From an uncultured Chloroflexia bacterium (GTDB lineage Bacteria; Chloroflexota; Limnocylindria; Limnocylindrales; CSP1-4), in contig CAWGNI010000010.1 in NCBI GenBank assembly GCA_963823925.1, positions 279,424 to 343,423 on the forward strand: DNA of 64,000 bases, written 5' to 3'. Below are positions 1-8,897 of the stretch, piece by piece (position 1 is the first letter of the stretch; the number at the start of each line of letters is the position of its first letter). The translations under genes and the position numbers were made by a program. The notes beneath the pieces were generated by a model. That model saw only the letters and a list, made by a program, of their open reading frames with translations, was not told the origin of the DNA and ran no database searches.

Positions 1-2
1 AC

Positions 3-113
3 GGGCCGGTCCTGCGCGAGGCCGGCTACACGACCGACCTTCCCGACGAAGCACTCCTCGTCCCGGCAGGACCGACCGATCCGGAGCTCGATCCGGTCGA
101 GGTCGCCCGCTAG
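3..113 (+). CDS. 3' end of an upstream gene, probably Fe-S assembly ATPase SufC (partial)
   Basis: Open frame GPVLREAGY...EVAR ends in TAG at 111-113 directly before sufS. The LxExGY-like tail and the context suggest SufC. Confidence 0.45.
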   Translation, partial: GPVLREAGYTTDLPDEALLVPAGPTDPELDPVEVAR

Positions 114-129
114 GCGGGCAACAGGACCC

Positions 130-1387
130 ATGGCCATCGCCCCGGATCCCGTCGGCACCCTCGACCCACAGGTCGTCAAGGCCGATTTCCCGATCCTCCG
201 GCAGGAGATCAACGGGCACCCGCTCGTCTTCCTCGATTCGGCGTCGACGAGCCAGAAGCCCGCGGTGGTCATCGACGCGGTGACGACCTACTACGAGGAG
301 TACAACGCCAACGTCCATCGGGGCATCTACACGATCGGCGAGCAGGCGACCGCGGCCTACGAGAACGCCCGCGCGCGCATCGCCCGGTTCATCGGTGCGC
401 CGGACACCGGCGAAGTCATCTTCACCCGCAACGCGACCGAGGCGATCAATCTCGTCGCCTACGCCTGGGGTCGGCGCAACATCGACCGTGGCGACGCCAT
501 CGTCCTGACCGAGATGGAACACCACGCCAACCTCGTCCCGTGGCAGGTGCTCGTCCAGGAGCGCGACGGCGACCTGGAATTCATCCCGATCACCGATGAC
601 GGGATCCTCCGGCTGGATGTCCTGGAAGTCCTCCTGCGTCTCAAGCCGAAGCTGGTCGCCTTCACCCACGTCTCGAACACCCTTGGCACGATCAATCCCG
701 TCCGCGAGATGATCGAGATGGCCCACGCGGCCGGCGCGCTCGTCCTGGTCGACGGGGCCCAGGCGGTCCCGCACATGCCCGTCGACGTCCAGGCGCTCGG
801 CGCTGACTTCTACGCATTCTCCGGGCACAAGATGCTCGGCCCCATGGGTTCGGGCGTGCTCTGGGCGCGACGAGAGCTGCTCGAGGCGATGCCGCCGTTC
901 CTGACCGGCGGCGAGATGATCCGGGAGGTCCACCTTCGCCGGAGCGAGTTCAACGAGATCCCCTGGAAGTTCGAGGCGGGGACGCCAGCGGTCGGCGACG
1001 CGATCGGGCTCGGTGTGGCCGCAGACTATCTGATCGGGTCTTGGGATGGCAGCGGTGCGGGCGCACGAGCGCGACCTCGTCGCCTACGCGCTGGAGGCAT
1101 TGCCTCGCGATGTTCCCGGCATCGAGCTGTACGGCCCGCTCGACCCCGACCTGCGCGGCGGTGTCGTCCCGTTCAATCTGCCGGGGATCCATCCGCACGA
1201 CGTCGCCCAGGTCCTCGATCGATCCGGCATCGCGGTCCGGGCCGGTCATCACTGCACGATGCCGCTCCACGAACGGCTCGACCTTGCCGCGACGGCCCGG
1301 GCGAGCTTCAGCGTCTACTCGACGCGCGACGACATCGACGCCCTTGCGTCCGGTCTCAGGGAAGTCCAGCGCGTCTTCAACGGCTGA
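130..1387 (+). CDS. sufS: SufS-family cysteine desulfurase (one frameshift near 1037)
   Basis: Motifs FLDSASTSQKP, ANVHRG, MEHHAN, DGAQ, FSGHKM (PLP Lys) and EAGTP lie in ORF 130..1410. The C-terminus with VRAGHHC (catalytic Cys) and RASF is in ORF 1046..1387. Removing one G of the GGG at 1036-1038 restores the frame. Confidence 0.95.
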
Positions 1388-1462
1388 CGCCGAGGTTCAG
1401 GAAGCGCTGACGTGCAGGAACACTGACGCGTAGGTGGAAGCGCTGACGCGAAGGTGGAAGGT
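1384..1462 (+). repeat. Imperfect short tandem repeats (four CTGACG cores; two ~20-nt units)
   Basis: CTGACG occurs at 1384, 1407, 1423 and 1443. Units CTGACGCGTAGGTGGAAGCG (1423-1442) and CTGACGCGAAGGTGGAAGGT (1443-1462) are near-identical. Confidence 0.7.
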
Positions 1463-1475
1463 GCGGGTTCTGGCT

Positions 1476-1802
1476 CTAGCCGGTCGCCCGTGCGGTGCGC
1501 TGGCGGGCCGCACCCGTGGTTCGCTTCGTGCGACTGTCCCGGTGAACGACGAGCGAGGCCTTGCCATCGTTGGTCGCGACATCGATCGTGGCGTCGGACA
1601 GGAGGTCCGCGGCGCTGGCAGCCACGAGCGTCGAGAGCCGGCCGTCATCGACGACGCGGTCGCTGGCGATCGGCTTCCGGACGAACGTCAGCACCAATCG
1701 ACCGGCACGCCGGATGAACCTCGGGACCGAATCAGTCCCCAGACCCTTCTCGCGTCGGACTCGGACCAGGTGATCCCTGGCTTGTGGCGTGAATCGAAGC
1801 AT
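1476..1802 (-). CDS. Small cysteine-less HesB/IscA-like protein (108 aa)
   Basis: MLRFTPQARDHL... starts at ATG 1802 with a GGAGG Shine-Dalgarno upstream. The N-terminus and overall pattern resemble the HesB fold, but there are no Cys residues. Confidence 0.55.
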   Translation of the reverse strand: MLRFTPQARDHLVRVRREKGLGTDSVPRFIRRAGRLVLTFVRKPIASDRVVDDGRLSTLVAASAADLLSDATIDVATNDGKASLVVHRDSRTKRTTGAARQRTARATG

Positions 1803-1822
1803 CGGCAAACCTCCAACTGTCA

Positions 1823-1847
1823 CTATATAGTAGCCTACTGGCAAGTA
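1823..1847. promoter_or_regulatory. AT-rich divergent promoter region with overlapping inverted repeats (candidate MarR operator)
   Basis: CTATATAG (1823-1830), AGTAG-C-CTACT (1829-1839) and TACT-GGCA-AGTA (1836-1847) lie between the divergent HesB-like and MarR genes. Confidence 0.5.
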
Positions 1848-1890
1848 TTTGACCAGCCCCAACGTTCTGGCAGCCAAGAGGAACCTTCGC

Positions 1891-2356
1891 GTGATCGATC
1901 CGGAACTCCTGGACGTCATCGAGCGGATCGTCGTTGCCGGCGTGGCGATGACCAACGAATCGCTCGGAAGGTCGCGACCGAACCTCGAGCTCACGCTCCA
2001 GCAATGGCGGGTCATGGTCGTCCTCGGCGACGCTCCGGAGGGCCATCCCGTCGGTGAGATCTCGCAACTCATCGCAGTGACCCTGCCGGCCACCGGCCGC
2101 CAGCTCCGCCGGCTCGAGCAGCGCGGCCTGGTGACGCTCGCGCGGGACCCACACGATCGTCGCGTGACACGAGTGCGTCTGACCGAGGCCGGGATCTCCG
2201 CGCGCGAGTCGATCGTCGCTGATCGTCGGGCGATCATCGGCGAGGCCATGCGCGACATCCGGGGCCGGGGCGACCTCATCAGGCAGCTCGAACGTGATCG
2301 CGTTCGCGCTCGAGGCCGAGGACGGCAATCCCGAGACCCCGGCGAGCGGGGATTAA
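1891..2356 (+). CDS. MarR-family transcriptional regulator (probable frameshift near 2293)
   Basis: LTLQQWRVMVVL...VGEISQLIAVTLPATGRQLRRLEQRGLVTLARDPHDRRVTRVRLTEAG is a classic MarR wHTH. GTG 1891 follows an AGAGGA SD. The uncorrected ORF ends at 2394; a shifted frame ends at TAA 2356. Confidence 0.88.
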
Positions 2357-2405
2357 TCCCGACCTCGCTGGTCGGGATTGGACAATCGCGCTAGACTTCA
2401 GGCTG

Positions 2406-2804
2406 ATGGACGACCTGTACCGCGACTACATCCTCGAGCACTATCGGCGGCCCCACAACTTCGGGGTCATCGAGGATCCCGACGCGTCCTACGAAGGCGC
2501 GAATCCGTTGTGCGGCGACCGGATCACGCTGATGCTCGGGGTGAAGGACGGGGTGGTCGATCGGGTCGCGTTCACCGGCCGCGGTTGTGCGATCAGCCAG
2601 GCCAGTGCGAGCCTCCTGACGGACGAGATCAGCGGCAAGTCGATCGAGGAAGTCGCGGCCATCCGGGCGGACGATCTCCTGGACCTGCTCGGCATCGACA
2701 TCAGCCCGGCGCGTCTCAAGTGCGCCATGCTCAGCCACGACGCGCTCCAGCATGTTCTCGAGGACGTTGGCGCCACGGTTGCGCCGGCCGACGCGAACCG
2801 ATGA
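2406..2804 (+). CDS. sufU: SufU/NifU-like Fe-S assembly sulfur-transfer protein
   Basis: LYRDYILEHYRRPHNFG, NPLCGD, GRGCAISQASAS and ARLKCA carry the three conserved Cys. Confidence 0.93.
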   Translation: MDDLYRDYILEHYRRPHNFGVIEDPDASYEGANPLCGDRITLMLGVKDGVVDRVAFTGRGCAISQASASLLTDEISGKSIEEVAAIRADDLLDLLGIDISPARLKCAMLSHDALQHVLEDVGATVAPADANR

Positions 2805-2854
2805 CCCACCCGAGCCGGATCGAGCGCCGCTGCAGGTGTCGTCAGCCGGTCTGA
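2801..2854 (+). CDS. Candidate 17-aa leader peptide MTHPSRIERRCRCRQPV
   Basis: The ATG overlaps the sufU stop (ATGA), the peptide has a CRC motif, and it lies upstream of the cysteine-synthesis operon. It is not called separately in the ORF track. Confidence 0.35.
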   Translation: MTHPSRIERRCRCRQPV

Positions 2855-2898
2855 GTACCGGCCCGACATCCAGCCCCTTCCCACTGCCGAACCAATCC

Positions 2899-2930
2899 AT
2901 GAGGACGCATCCTGGGGGGAGCGTCCTCAT
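2899..2930 (+). terminator. Strong hairpin upstream of moeZ (terminator or attenuator candidate)
   Basis: Perfect 10-bp arms ATGAGGACGC (2899-2908) and GCGTCCTCAT (2921-2930), plus inner TCC/GGA pairing. There is no U-tract. Confidence 0.5.
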
Positions 2931-2983
2931 CGCCCTGGTGCCACCCGCATCAGCCCGTCGACCATCGGAGTCCACCAAGCCAC

Positions 2984-4138
2984 ATGCCGAAGTCCTACGC
3001 CGACCTCCTTCGTGAGGCCCGCGCCCAGATCAGGGAAGTCAGCCCGCAGGAGGTCGACGCCTTGCCGGTGGGCGGCGCGGCGATCATCGACGTCCGTGAG
3101 ACGTCCGAATGGGAGCAGGGCCACCTGCCCGGCGCTCGCCACATCTCGAAGTCATACATCGAACAGGAGATCGAGGGGGTCGTCCCGGACCGCGACGCAC
3201 CGGTGATCCTGTACTGTGCCGGCGGCATCCGTTCGTTGTTCGCTGCCCAGACGATGCGAGAGATGGGCTATACGGATGTCGCCTCGATGTCCGGCGGGTT
3301 CCAGTCCTGGAAGGGAGCCGGTCTCGACTTCGAGACGCCGGTCGTCCTGACCGCGGAGCAGAAGCAGCGGTACAGCCGGCATCTCCTGATCCCCGAGGTG
3401 GGAGCGGCCGGCCAGGCCAGGCTCCTCGAGTCGAAGGCACTGCTCATCGGGGCCGGCGGCCTTGGTTCCCCAGCGTCGCTCTATCTGGCCGCGGCCGGCG
3501 TCGGGACGATCGGCATCGTCGACTTCGACATCGTCGATATCAGCAACCTCCAGCGCCAGATCGTCCACACCACCGATCGGGTGGGGGAGCGCAAGGTCGA
3601 GTCAGCGAAGAAGTCGATCAACGCGTTGAACCCGGACGTCAACGTGGTCGCCCACGAGGAGATGCTGGTCGCCGGGAACGTCGATCGGATCATCGCCGGG
3701 TACGACGTCATCCTCGACGGGACGGATACCTTCGAGACCCGCTACACGCTCAACGACGCCGCCGTGGCAGCCGGGATCCCGGTCATCCACGCCAGCGTCT
3801 TCCGGTTCGAGGGCCAGCTCACGACCTTCATCCCGTATGAAGGGCCGTGCTACCGCTGCCTGTATCCGACCCCGCCGCCGCCGGAGCTCGCGCCCGGTTG
3901 TTCGGTCGCCGGTGTCCTGGGCGTCGTGCCGGGCATCCTCGGCCTGCTCCAGGCGACCGAGGCCCTCAAGGTCCTGCTCGGGATCGGCCAGACCCTCGCC
4001 GGTCGGCTGCTCCTGTTCGATGCCCTCGAGACGGAGTTCACCGAGCTCCGACTGCGCCGCGACCCGGCCTGCCCGGTCTGCTCCGACGCGGCCGTCAAGG
4101 CCCGCGCCGAGGGCCGGCCCCTGGCGATCCCGGCATGA
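2984..4138 (+). CDS. moeB: MoeB/MoeZ-like adenylyltransferase with N-terminal rhodanese domain
   Basis: Rhodanese DVRE...GHLPGA...YCAGGIRS is followed by ThiF motifs RYSRHLLIPEVG, IGAGGLGSP, SNLQRQ and the Zn motifs CYRC and CPVC. Confidence 0.93.
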   Translation: MPKSYADLLREARAQIREVSPQEVDALPVGGAAIIDVRETSEWEQGHLPGARHISKSYIEQEIEGVVPDRDAPVILYCAGGIRSLFAAQTMREMGYTDVASMSGGFQSWKGAGLDFETPVVLTAEQKQRYSRHLLIPEVGAAGQARLLESKALLIGAGGLGSPASLYLAAAGVGTIGIVDFDIVDISNLQRQIVHTTDRVGERKVESAKKSINALNPDVNVVAHEEMLVAGNVDRIIAGYDVILDGTDTFETRYTLNDAAVAAGIPVIHASVFRFEGQLTTFIPYEGPCYRCLYPTPPPPELAPGCSVAGVLGVVPGILGLLQATEALKVLLGIGQTLAGRLLLFDALETEFTELRLRRDPACPVCSDAAVKARAEGRPLAIPA

Positions 4139-4407
4139 GCACCGTCTACATCCCGTCGGTGTTGCGCGCGAATGTGGGCGGCGTGAAGTCGCTCCAGCTC
4201 GACGGCGACTCGATCCGGGCAGTCGTCACTGCGCTGGTCGCCGAGCACCCCTCGCTCGAGTCGCAGCTCCTGACCGACGACGGCGACCTGAACCGGTTCG
4301 TCAACGTCTACGTCAACGGCCAGGACGTCCGCTATCTGGCCGGTCTCGAGACGCCGGTCGCGCCGGCCGATGAGGTTCGCCTCCTGCCGGCGATGGCCGG
4401 CGGCTGA
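4135..4407 (+). CDS. Ubiquitin-like sulfur carrier (CysO/MoaD/ThiS family)
   Basis: 90 aa with FVNVYVNGQDVRYL and a C-terminal AMAGG di-glycine, lying between moeZ and cysM. Confidence 0.92.
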   Translation: MSTVYIPSVLRANVGGVKSLQLDGDSIRAVVTALVAEHPSLESQLLTDDGDLNRFVNVYVNGQDVRYLAGLETPVAPADEVRLLPAMAGG

Positions 4408-4410
4408 CCG

Positions 4411-5424
4411 ATGGCCGTCCTCCGGCGGCTCGATGACGCCGACCACGAACACGCGCACGCGCACGAGGCGGTCGCCCCGCATGGCGGACGCTACGACGAC
4501 ATCCTCCAGGCGATCGGCCACACCCCGCTCGTCGAGATCCCCCGGATGTCGCCGAACCCGGCGGTCCGGATCTTCGCCAAGCTGGAGATGCTCAACCCGA
4601 CCGGTTCGGTCAAGGACCGGGTCGCCCGATACCTGATCGAGGATCTCGAGCGGCGCGGTCTGCTCCACGACAATTCGATCATCCTGGAACCGACCTCCGG
4701 GAACACCGGGATCGCCCTGGCGATGATCGGCCGGCGGAAGGGCTATCGCGTCGCCCTGGTCATGCCCGACAACGTGACCAACGAGCGCCGTCAGATGGCC
4801 GCCCTGTTCGGCGCCGAGGTCATCGATTCGCCCGGCGCGCAGGGCTCGAACGGGGCGATCGCCCTGGCCAAGCACCTCGTCAGCAAGGACGCGCGGTTCG
4901 TCATGCCCTACCAGTACGGCAATCCCGCGAACCCGCAGGCGCACTACGAGACGACCGGGCCGGAGATCCTGGCCGACTGCCCGGAGATCGACGTCTTCGT
5001 CGCCGGCCTCGGGACCGGCGGCACGCTGATGGGCGTTTCGCGCTACCTGCGCGAGCATCGGCCGGGTGTCCGGATCGTGGCCGTCGAGCCGCTCCCCGGG
5101 GAGCTGGTCCAGGGCCTGCGCTCGCTCGACGAGGGGTTCATCCCCGAGATCCTCGATCCGTCGCTGATCGATGCGAAGTACCTCGTCTCGAACCGCGACG
5201 CCATCACGGCGCTGCGCGACCTCGTCTTCCGCGAGGGGATCTTCGCCGGTCCGTCATGTGGCGCCGTCCTCGTGGCCGCGGCCAGGGTCGCGTCGGAGAT
5301 GACCGGCGGCACGATCGTCGCCCTTCTCCCGGACGGTGGCTGGAAGTACCTGTCGGCGGGGACGTTCTCGAGCGACCTCGATGACATGGAAGAAGCGCTC
5401 GAGGGTGGCGTCAACTGGTGGTGA
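4411..5424 (+). CDS. cysM: PLP-dependent cysteine synthase (CysM type)
   Basis: IGHTPLVEI, AKLEMLNPTGSVKDR (PLP Lys), EPTSGNTGIALA, GLGTGGT and KYLS; adjacent to the CysO-like and Mec-like genes. Confidence 0.9.
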   Translation: MAVLRRLDDADHEHAHAHEAVAPHGGRYDDILQAIGHTPLVEIPRMSPNPAVRIFAKLEMLNPTGSVKDRVARYLIEDLERRGLLHDNSIILEPTSGNTGIALAMIGRRKGYRVALVMPDNVTNERRQMAALFGAEVIDSPGAQGSNGAIALAKHLVSKDARFVMPYQYGNPANPQAHYETTGPEILADCPEIDVFVAGLGTGGTLMGVSRYLREHRPGVRIVAVEPLPGELVQGLRSLDEGFIPEILDPSLIDAKYLVSNRDAITALRDLVFREGIFAGPSCGAVLVAAARVASEMTGGTIVALLPDGGWKYLSAGTFSSDLDDMEEALEGGVNWW

Positions 5425-5873
5425 CGCCGCATCCGGGGCCGACCTCCGTCGAGTTGCCCGCCCGGATCCGGGAGGCGATCGTCGCCCAGGCACGTGCCGA
5501 ATACCCCGACGAAGCGTGCGGGCTGATCATCGGTGACCGTGCGGCCGCCGTCGGCGGCGTCGCCCTTCGCTACGTGCCCACCCGGAACGAGGCGGCGTCC
5601 CCGTCGCGGTACCGGATCCATCCGGACGACCTCCTCCGTCTGACCATCGAGACCGATGACGCCGACGAGGCCTTCTGGGGGATCGTCCATTCACACACCC
5701 ACACACCAGCCCGTCCGTCGCCGACCGACATCGGCCTGGCCATCCTGTATCGCGAGCCGCTCTACTTGCTCGTCTCGTTGAGCGACGACGAGGCCGACCC
5801 GACGACCGGCGGCCCGAGTCTCCGGGCCTGGCGGATCCTTGACGGGGAGGTCTACGAGGTGGCACTGCGGTGA
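5418..5873 (+). CDS. M67/JAB (Mec-like) metallopeptidase
   Basis: YPDEACGLI and the JAMM motif HSHTHTPARPSPTD. Confidence 0.9.
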   Translation: MVTPHPGPTSVELPARIREAIVAQARAEYPDEACGLIIGDRAAAVGGVALRYVPTRNEAASPSRYRIHPDDLLRLTIETDDADEAFWGIVHSHTHTPARPSPTDIGLAILYREPLYLLVSLSDDEADPTTGGPSLRAWRILDGEVYEVALR

Positions 5874-5880
5874 TCGCCCG

Positions 5881-6288
5881 ATGACCCGACGGCAGGGGAT
5901 GCTCGGCACGCTCGCTGCCTTGGTGGCCGGCGGCGTCGCGATCCTGGCCGTGACCCTGCTCGGCTCCAGCCCAGGCCTCCTCGATGCCGTCGTCCACCCG
6001 CCGGACATCGTCCGGGCGGCACTCGTCGGCGGCTCCGTGACGCTCGCCGTCGTGCTGCTGACCCGTGGCCTTGGACGACTGGCCGCCGGCACCGATGACG
6101 TCCCTGGTCTCGTGCGCGGCGTCCGGCTGGTCTTCCTGGCCCTCGCCGCCGCGGCCGCGGCCGCGGGATGGCTGTTCGGCGTGGCGCTGCCACTGGTGGT
6201 CGCCGTCATCATCGGCGGGATCGACGTCGTCGAGACGTCCTTCCTGCTGCTCGTCGTTGCAGCAGGTCCGATCAGCCGAACGGACTGA
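5881..6288 (+). CDS. Hypothetical membrane protein (~4 TM)
   Basis: ATG 5881 opens a frame with several long hydrophobic segments and GC3-rich codons. Confidence 0.65.
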   Translation: MTRRQGMLGTLAALVAGGVAILAVTLLGSSPGLLDAVVHPPDIVRAALVGGSVTLAVVLLTRGLGRLAAGTDDVPGLVRGVRLVFLALAAAAAAAGWLFGVALPLVVAVIIGGIDVVETSFLLLVVAAGPISRTD

Positions 6289-7163
6289 TCGTTTCCCGTT
6301 CGCGGGTCGTGTCGTGGACCGGGGCCGTGACCCCGATCCCGCCTCGGACGACGAGGACGGAGCAGGGAGCGTTCAGCAGGACGTTGCGGGCGACACTGCC
6401 GACCATCAGCCGGCGCAGGCCCGGTCTGTCCTCGGGTCCCCATGACGATCAGGTTGGTCCGATGAGCGGTCGCTGCCGCGACGATCTCGCGGGCCGGATT
6501 GCCCTGTCGCGGCTCGGCGGTAGCCTCCAGGCCGGCTTCCCGCAGACGGCCGGCGACGGCTTCGCACTCTGCCGTGACCGACTCCGCCGGTGCACCCGAC
6601 TCGGCCACGCTGAGCACGGTGATCGGCAGGCCGGAGAAGAGCGGCCAGTCCATGAGCATGGACTCGGCCGACCGGGCGTGGAGGGACCGGTCGTCGGCAA
6701 GGATCAGTGGTCCGAGGTTCTCGTCGCGCGCCACCAGGACCGGGCATGGCGCCTGGTCCACGACCTCCGCGGAGACGGATCCGAGGAGCATCGTCTCCCA
6801 GCGCCCGGCACCCCGGTGGCCGACGACGATGAGGTCGGCCGGCATCTTGCGGGCCTCGTCCACGATCATGCTGGCGGCGCGGCCGTGGAGCAGGGTGGAT
6901 TCGATCGCCAGGTCGGACCGGGCGGATCGGATCTCGTGCTCGGCGCGCCGGATCGCATCCCGGTGGATCCTGACGATACCCGGCTCGGCGCCGGCGACGG
7001 CTGGGGTGGCGGCCATCGACCACGGCCCGCCGACGACTTCGGCATGGATCGGGATGACGCTGACGATCTGGACCCGGTCGCCTGCCCGCCACGGGAGCGC
7101 GGCGACCAGATCACGCGCACGATCGGCAGCGAATGAACCATCGATCGCGAGCAGGATGCGCAC
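6272..7163 (-). CDS. Tandem-domain universal stress protein (frameshift near 6421)
   Basis: MRILLAIDGS...DLIVVGHRGAGRWETMLLGSVSAEVVDQAPCPVLV, then a second domain LIVMGTRGQTG|LRRLMVGSVARNVLLNAPCSVLVV after correction. AAGGAGG SD. Confidence 0.9.
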
Positions 7164-7183
7164 CGGAAGACCCTCCTTGGGGT

Positions 7184-8080
7184 TTACAGCGTGCACCGGG
7201 CAGCGAACCGCGGGGACGTGCCCGATGGCCTGAATCGCCATGCCCTGTGGACGTCTCCAGGGCCGATCAGCCCCCTCGGGTCTCGAGTCGCCCCGATCAG
7301 CGACGAGGCTCTCGGCGTCGAGCCGAGGCCGAGTCGCGCCCCGATCCGGGCCGCCATGGTCGGTTCGAGGTAGGTCGACGCCAGGGTCGGCCAGGAGGAC
7401 TCGGCGAAGACGTCGTCCGGCGACCCGTCGAGCAGGATCGTGCCGCCGCCCATGACGACCACCCGATCGAACGTCTCGGCGACGAACCGCATGTCGTGGC
7501 TGATCGCGATGACCGTCCGACCGGCCGCGAGCAGGTCTTCGATGACGCGCTCCACGCGGGCGACGCCACGAGCGTCCTGTCCGGTGGTGGGTTCGTCCAG
7601 CACGACGACCGAGGTCGTCATGGCGAGGATCGACGCCAGTGTCAGCAGTTTCCGGCGCGAGTAGCCCAGGTCGTAGGGGTTGGTGTCACCCAGCTCGGTC
7701 AGGCCGACCGCAGCCAGGGCCGCATCGGTGGCCGTCGCGATCTCGGTGGCCGTCCGGCCGAGGATCCTTGGGCCGAACGCCACTTCCGCGCGGACCTTGC
7801 CGGCGAAGATCTGCCGGTCCGGGTTCTGGAAGACGATGCCGATCCGGGCGGCCAGCGCCGCGACCCGGCTGCTGGCGATGTCTTCGCCGTCGAGGAGGAT
7901 CCGGCCCTCGGTCGGGCGCAACAGGCCGTTGAGGTGGCGGGCCAGGGTGGACTTGCCGCTGCCGTTCTGGCCGACGATCGCGATCCCCTCGCCCGGCCCG
8001 ATGGCCAGATCGACGGCCGATAGTGCCCGGGTCCCGTCCGGGTAGACGAACCCGATTCCTTCGAGCTTGATCGCGGTCAC
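7184..8080 (-). CDS. ECF transporter ATPase (second A component)
   Basis: Walker A GQNGSGKST, FQNPDRQIF and Walker B VVVLDEPTTGQD. The true stop may be earlier, near 7270. Confidence 0.9.
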   Translation of the reverse strand: MTAIKLEGIGFVYPDGTRALSAVDLAIGPGEGIAIVGQNGSGKSTLARHLNGLLRPTEGRILLDGEDIASSRVAALAARIGIVFQNPDRQIFAGKVRAEVAFGPRILGRTATEIATATDAALAAVGLTELGDTNPYDLGYSRRKLLTLASILAMTTSVVVLDEPTTGQDARGVARVERVIEDLLAAGRTVIAISHDMRFVAETFDRVVVMGGGTILLDGSPDDVFAESSWPTLASTYLEPTMAARIGARLGLGSTPRASSLIGATRDPRGLIGPGDVHRAWRFRPSGTSPRFAARCTL

Positions 8081-8889
8081 CTGGCGCCGCCGTCCATCGC
8101 GATGAGACCGGGATCGAGCCCGCGGCTCGTCAGCGCCCGGGCCAGCCCGATCCGCGACGGCGGCTCCACCCCCCACGCATCCAGGCGTTCATCGGCGAGG
8201 ACATCGCCGGAGGGACCGTCGAGCACGATCCGTCCGCCATCGACGACCACGACCCGGTCGCACAGGCCGTCGAGCAGGTCGGTCTTGTGCTCGACGATCA
8301 GGAGGGCCGTGCCGGTCGACGCCAGTCCACGCAGCGCCGCTCCGACCAGGCGGGTGCCCTCGGGGTCGAGCTGGGCGGTGGGTTCGTCGAGGACGAGATG
8401 CGCCGGTCGCATCGCCAGCAGCGACGCGATGACGACGAGTTGGGCCTGCCCACCGGACAGCCGGCGCGGTTCGCGCTCCGCGAGACTCGTGATGCCGAGG
8501 GTCTCGAGCGCTGCCCTTGACCGGGCGACCGTCTCGCGGGCAGGCAGGCCCAGGTTCATCGGTCCGAGTGCCACCTCCTCGAAGACCGAACCCGTCACGC
8601 CGGACAGCTGGGTCGCAGGGTTCTGGAAGCCGATCCCCACCCTCGTCGCGAAGGCATGGAGTGGCTTGCCTGCCATCGACTCCCCGTCGATCCGGAGGTC
8701 GCCCGTGAGCCCCCCACCGATCGAACCCGGGGCCAGCCCGGACGCGACGAGGCAGAGGGTCGACTTGCCCGCCTCGTTGGCACCCACGACCCCGACGATC
8801 TCGCCATCGGCCAGGGTCAGGTCGATGTCATGGAGCACCGGTCGCGCGTAGCCCGCGTACCGGTACGAAACGCGTTCGAGCTGCAGCAC
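8077..8889 (-). CDS. ECF transporter ATPase (first A component)
   Basis: GANEAGKSTLC, FQNPATQLSG, LSGGQAQ and LVLDEPTAQLDP. Confidence 0.9.
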   Translation of the reverse strand: MLQLERVSYRYAGYARPVLHDIDLTLADGEIVGVVGANEAGKSTLCLVASGLAPGSIGGGLTGDLRIDGESMAGKPLHAFATRVGIGFQNPATQLSGVTGSVFEEVALGPMNLGLPARETVARSRAALETLGITSLAEREPRRLSGGQAQLVVIASLLAMRPAHLVLDEPTAQLDPEGTRLVGAALRGLASTGTALLIVEHKTDLLDGLCDRVVVVDGGRIVLDGPSGDVLADERLDAWGVEPPSRIGLARALTSRGLDPGLIAMDGGAR

Positions 8890-8897
8890 GTCGTGGC

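Noticed and set aside
1384-1462. Mini-CRISPR array
   Set aside because: The units are about 20 nt, directly adjacent or irregularly spaced, with no unique spacers and no cas genes.
2855-2983. SAM riboswitch upstream of the cysteine operon
   Set aside because: Only a GGTGCC fragment resembles SAM-I/IV. The AUC-AGAG, GCAACC and P1 elements are missing.
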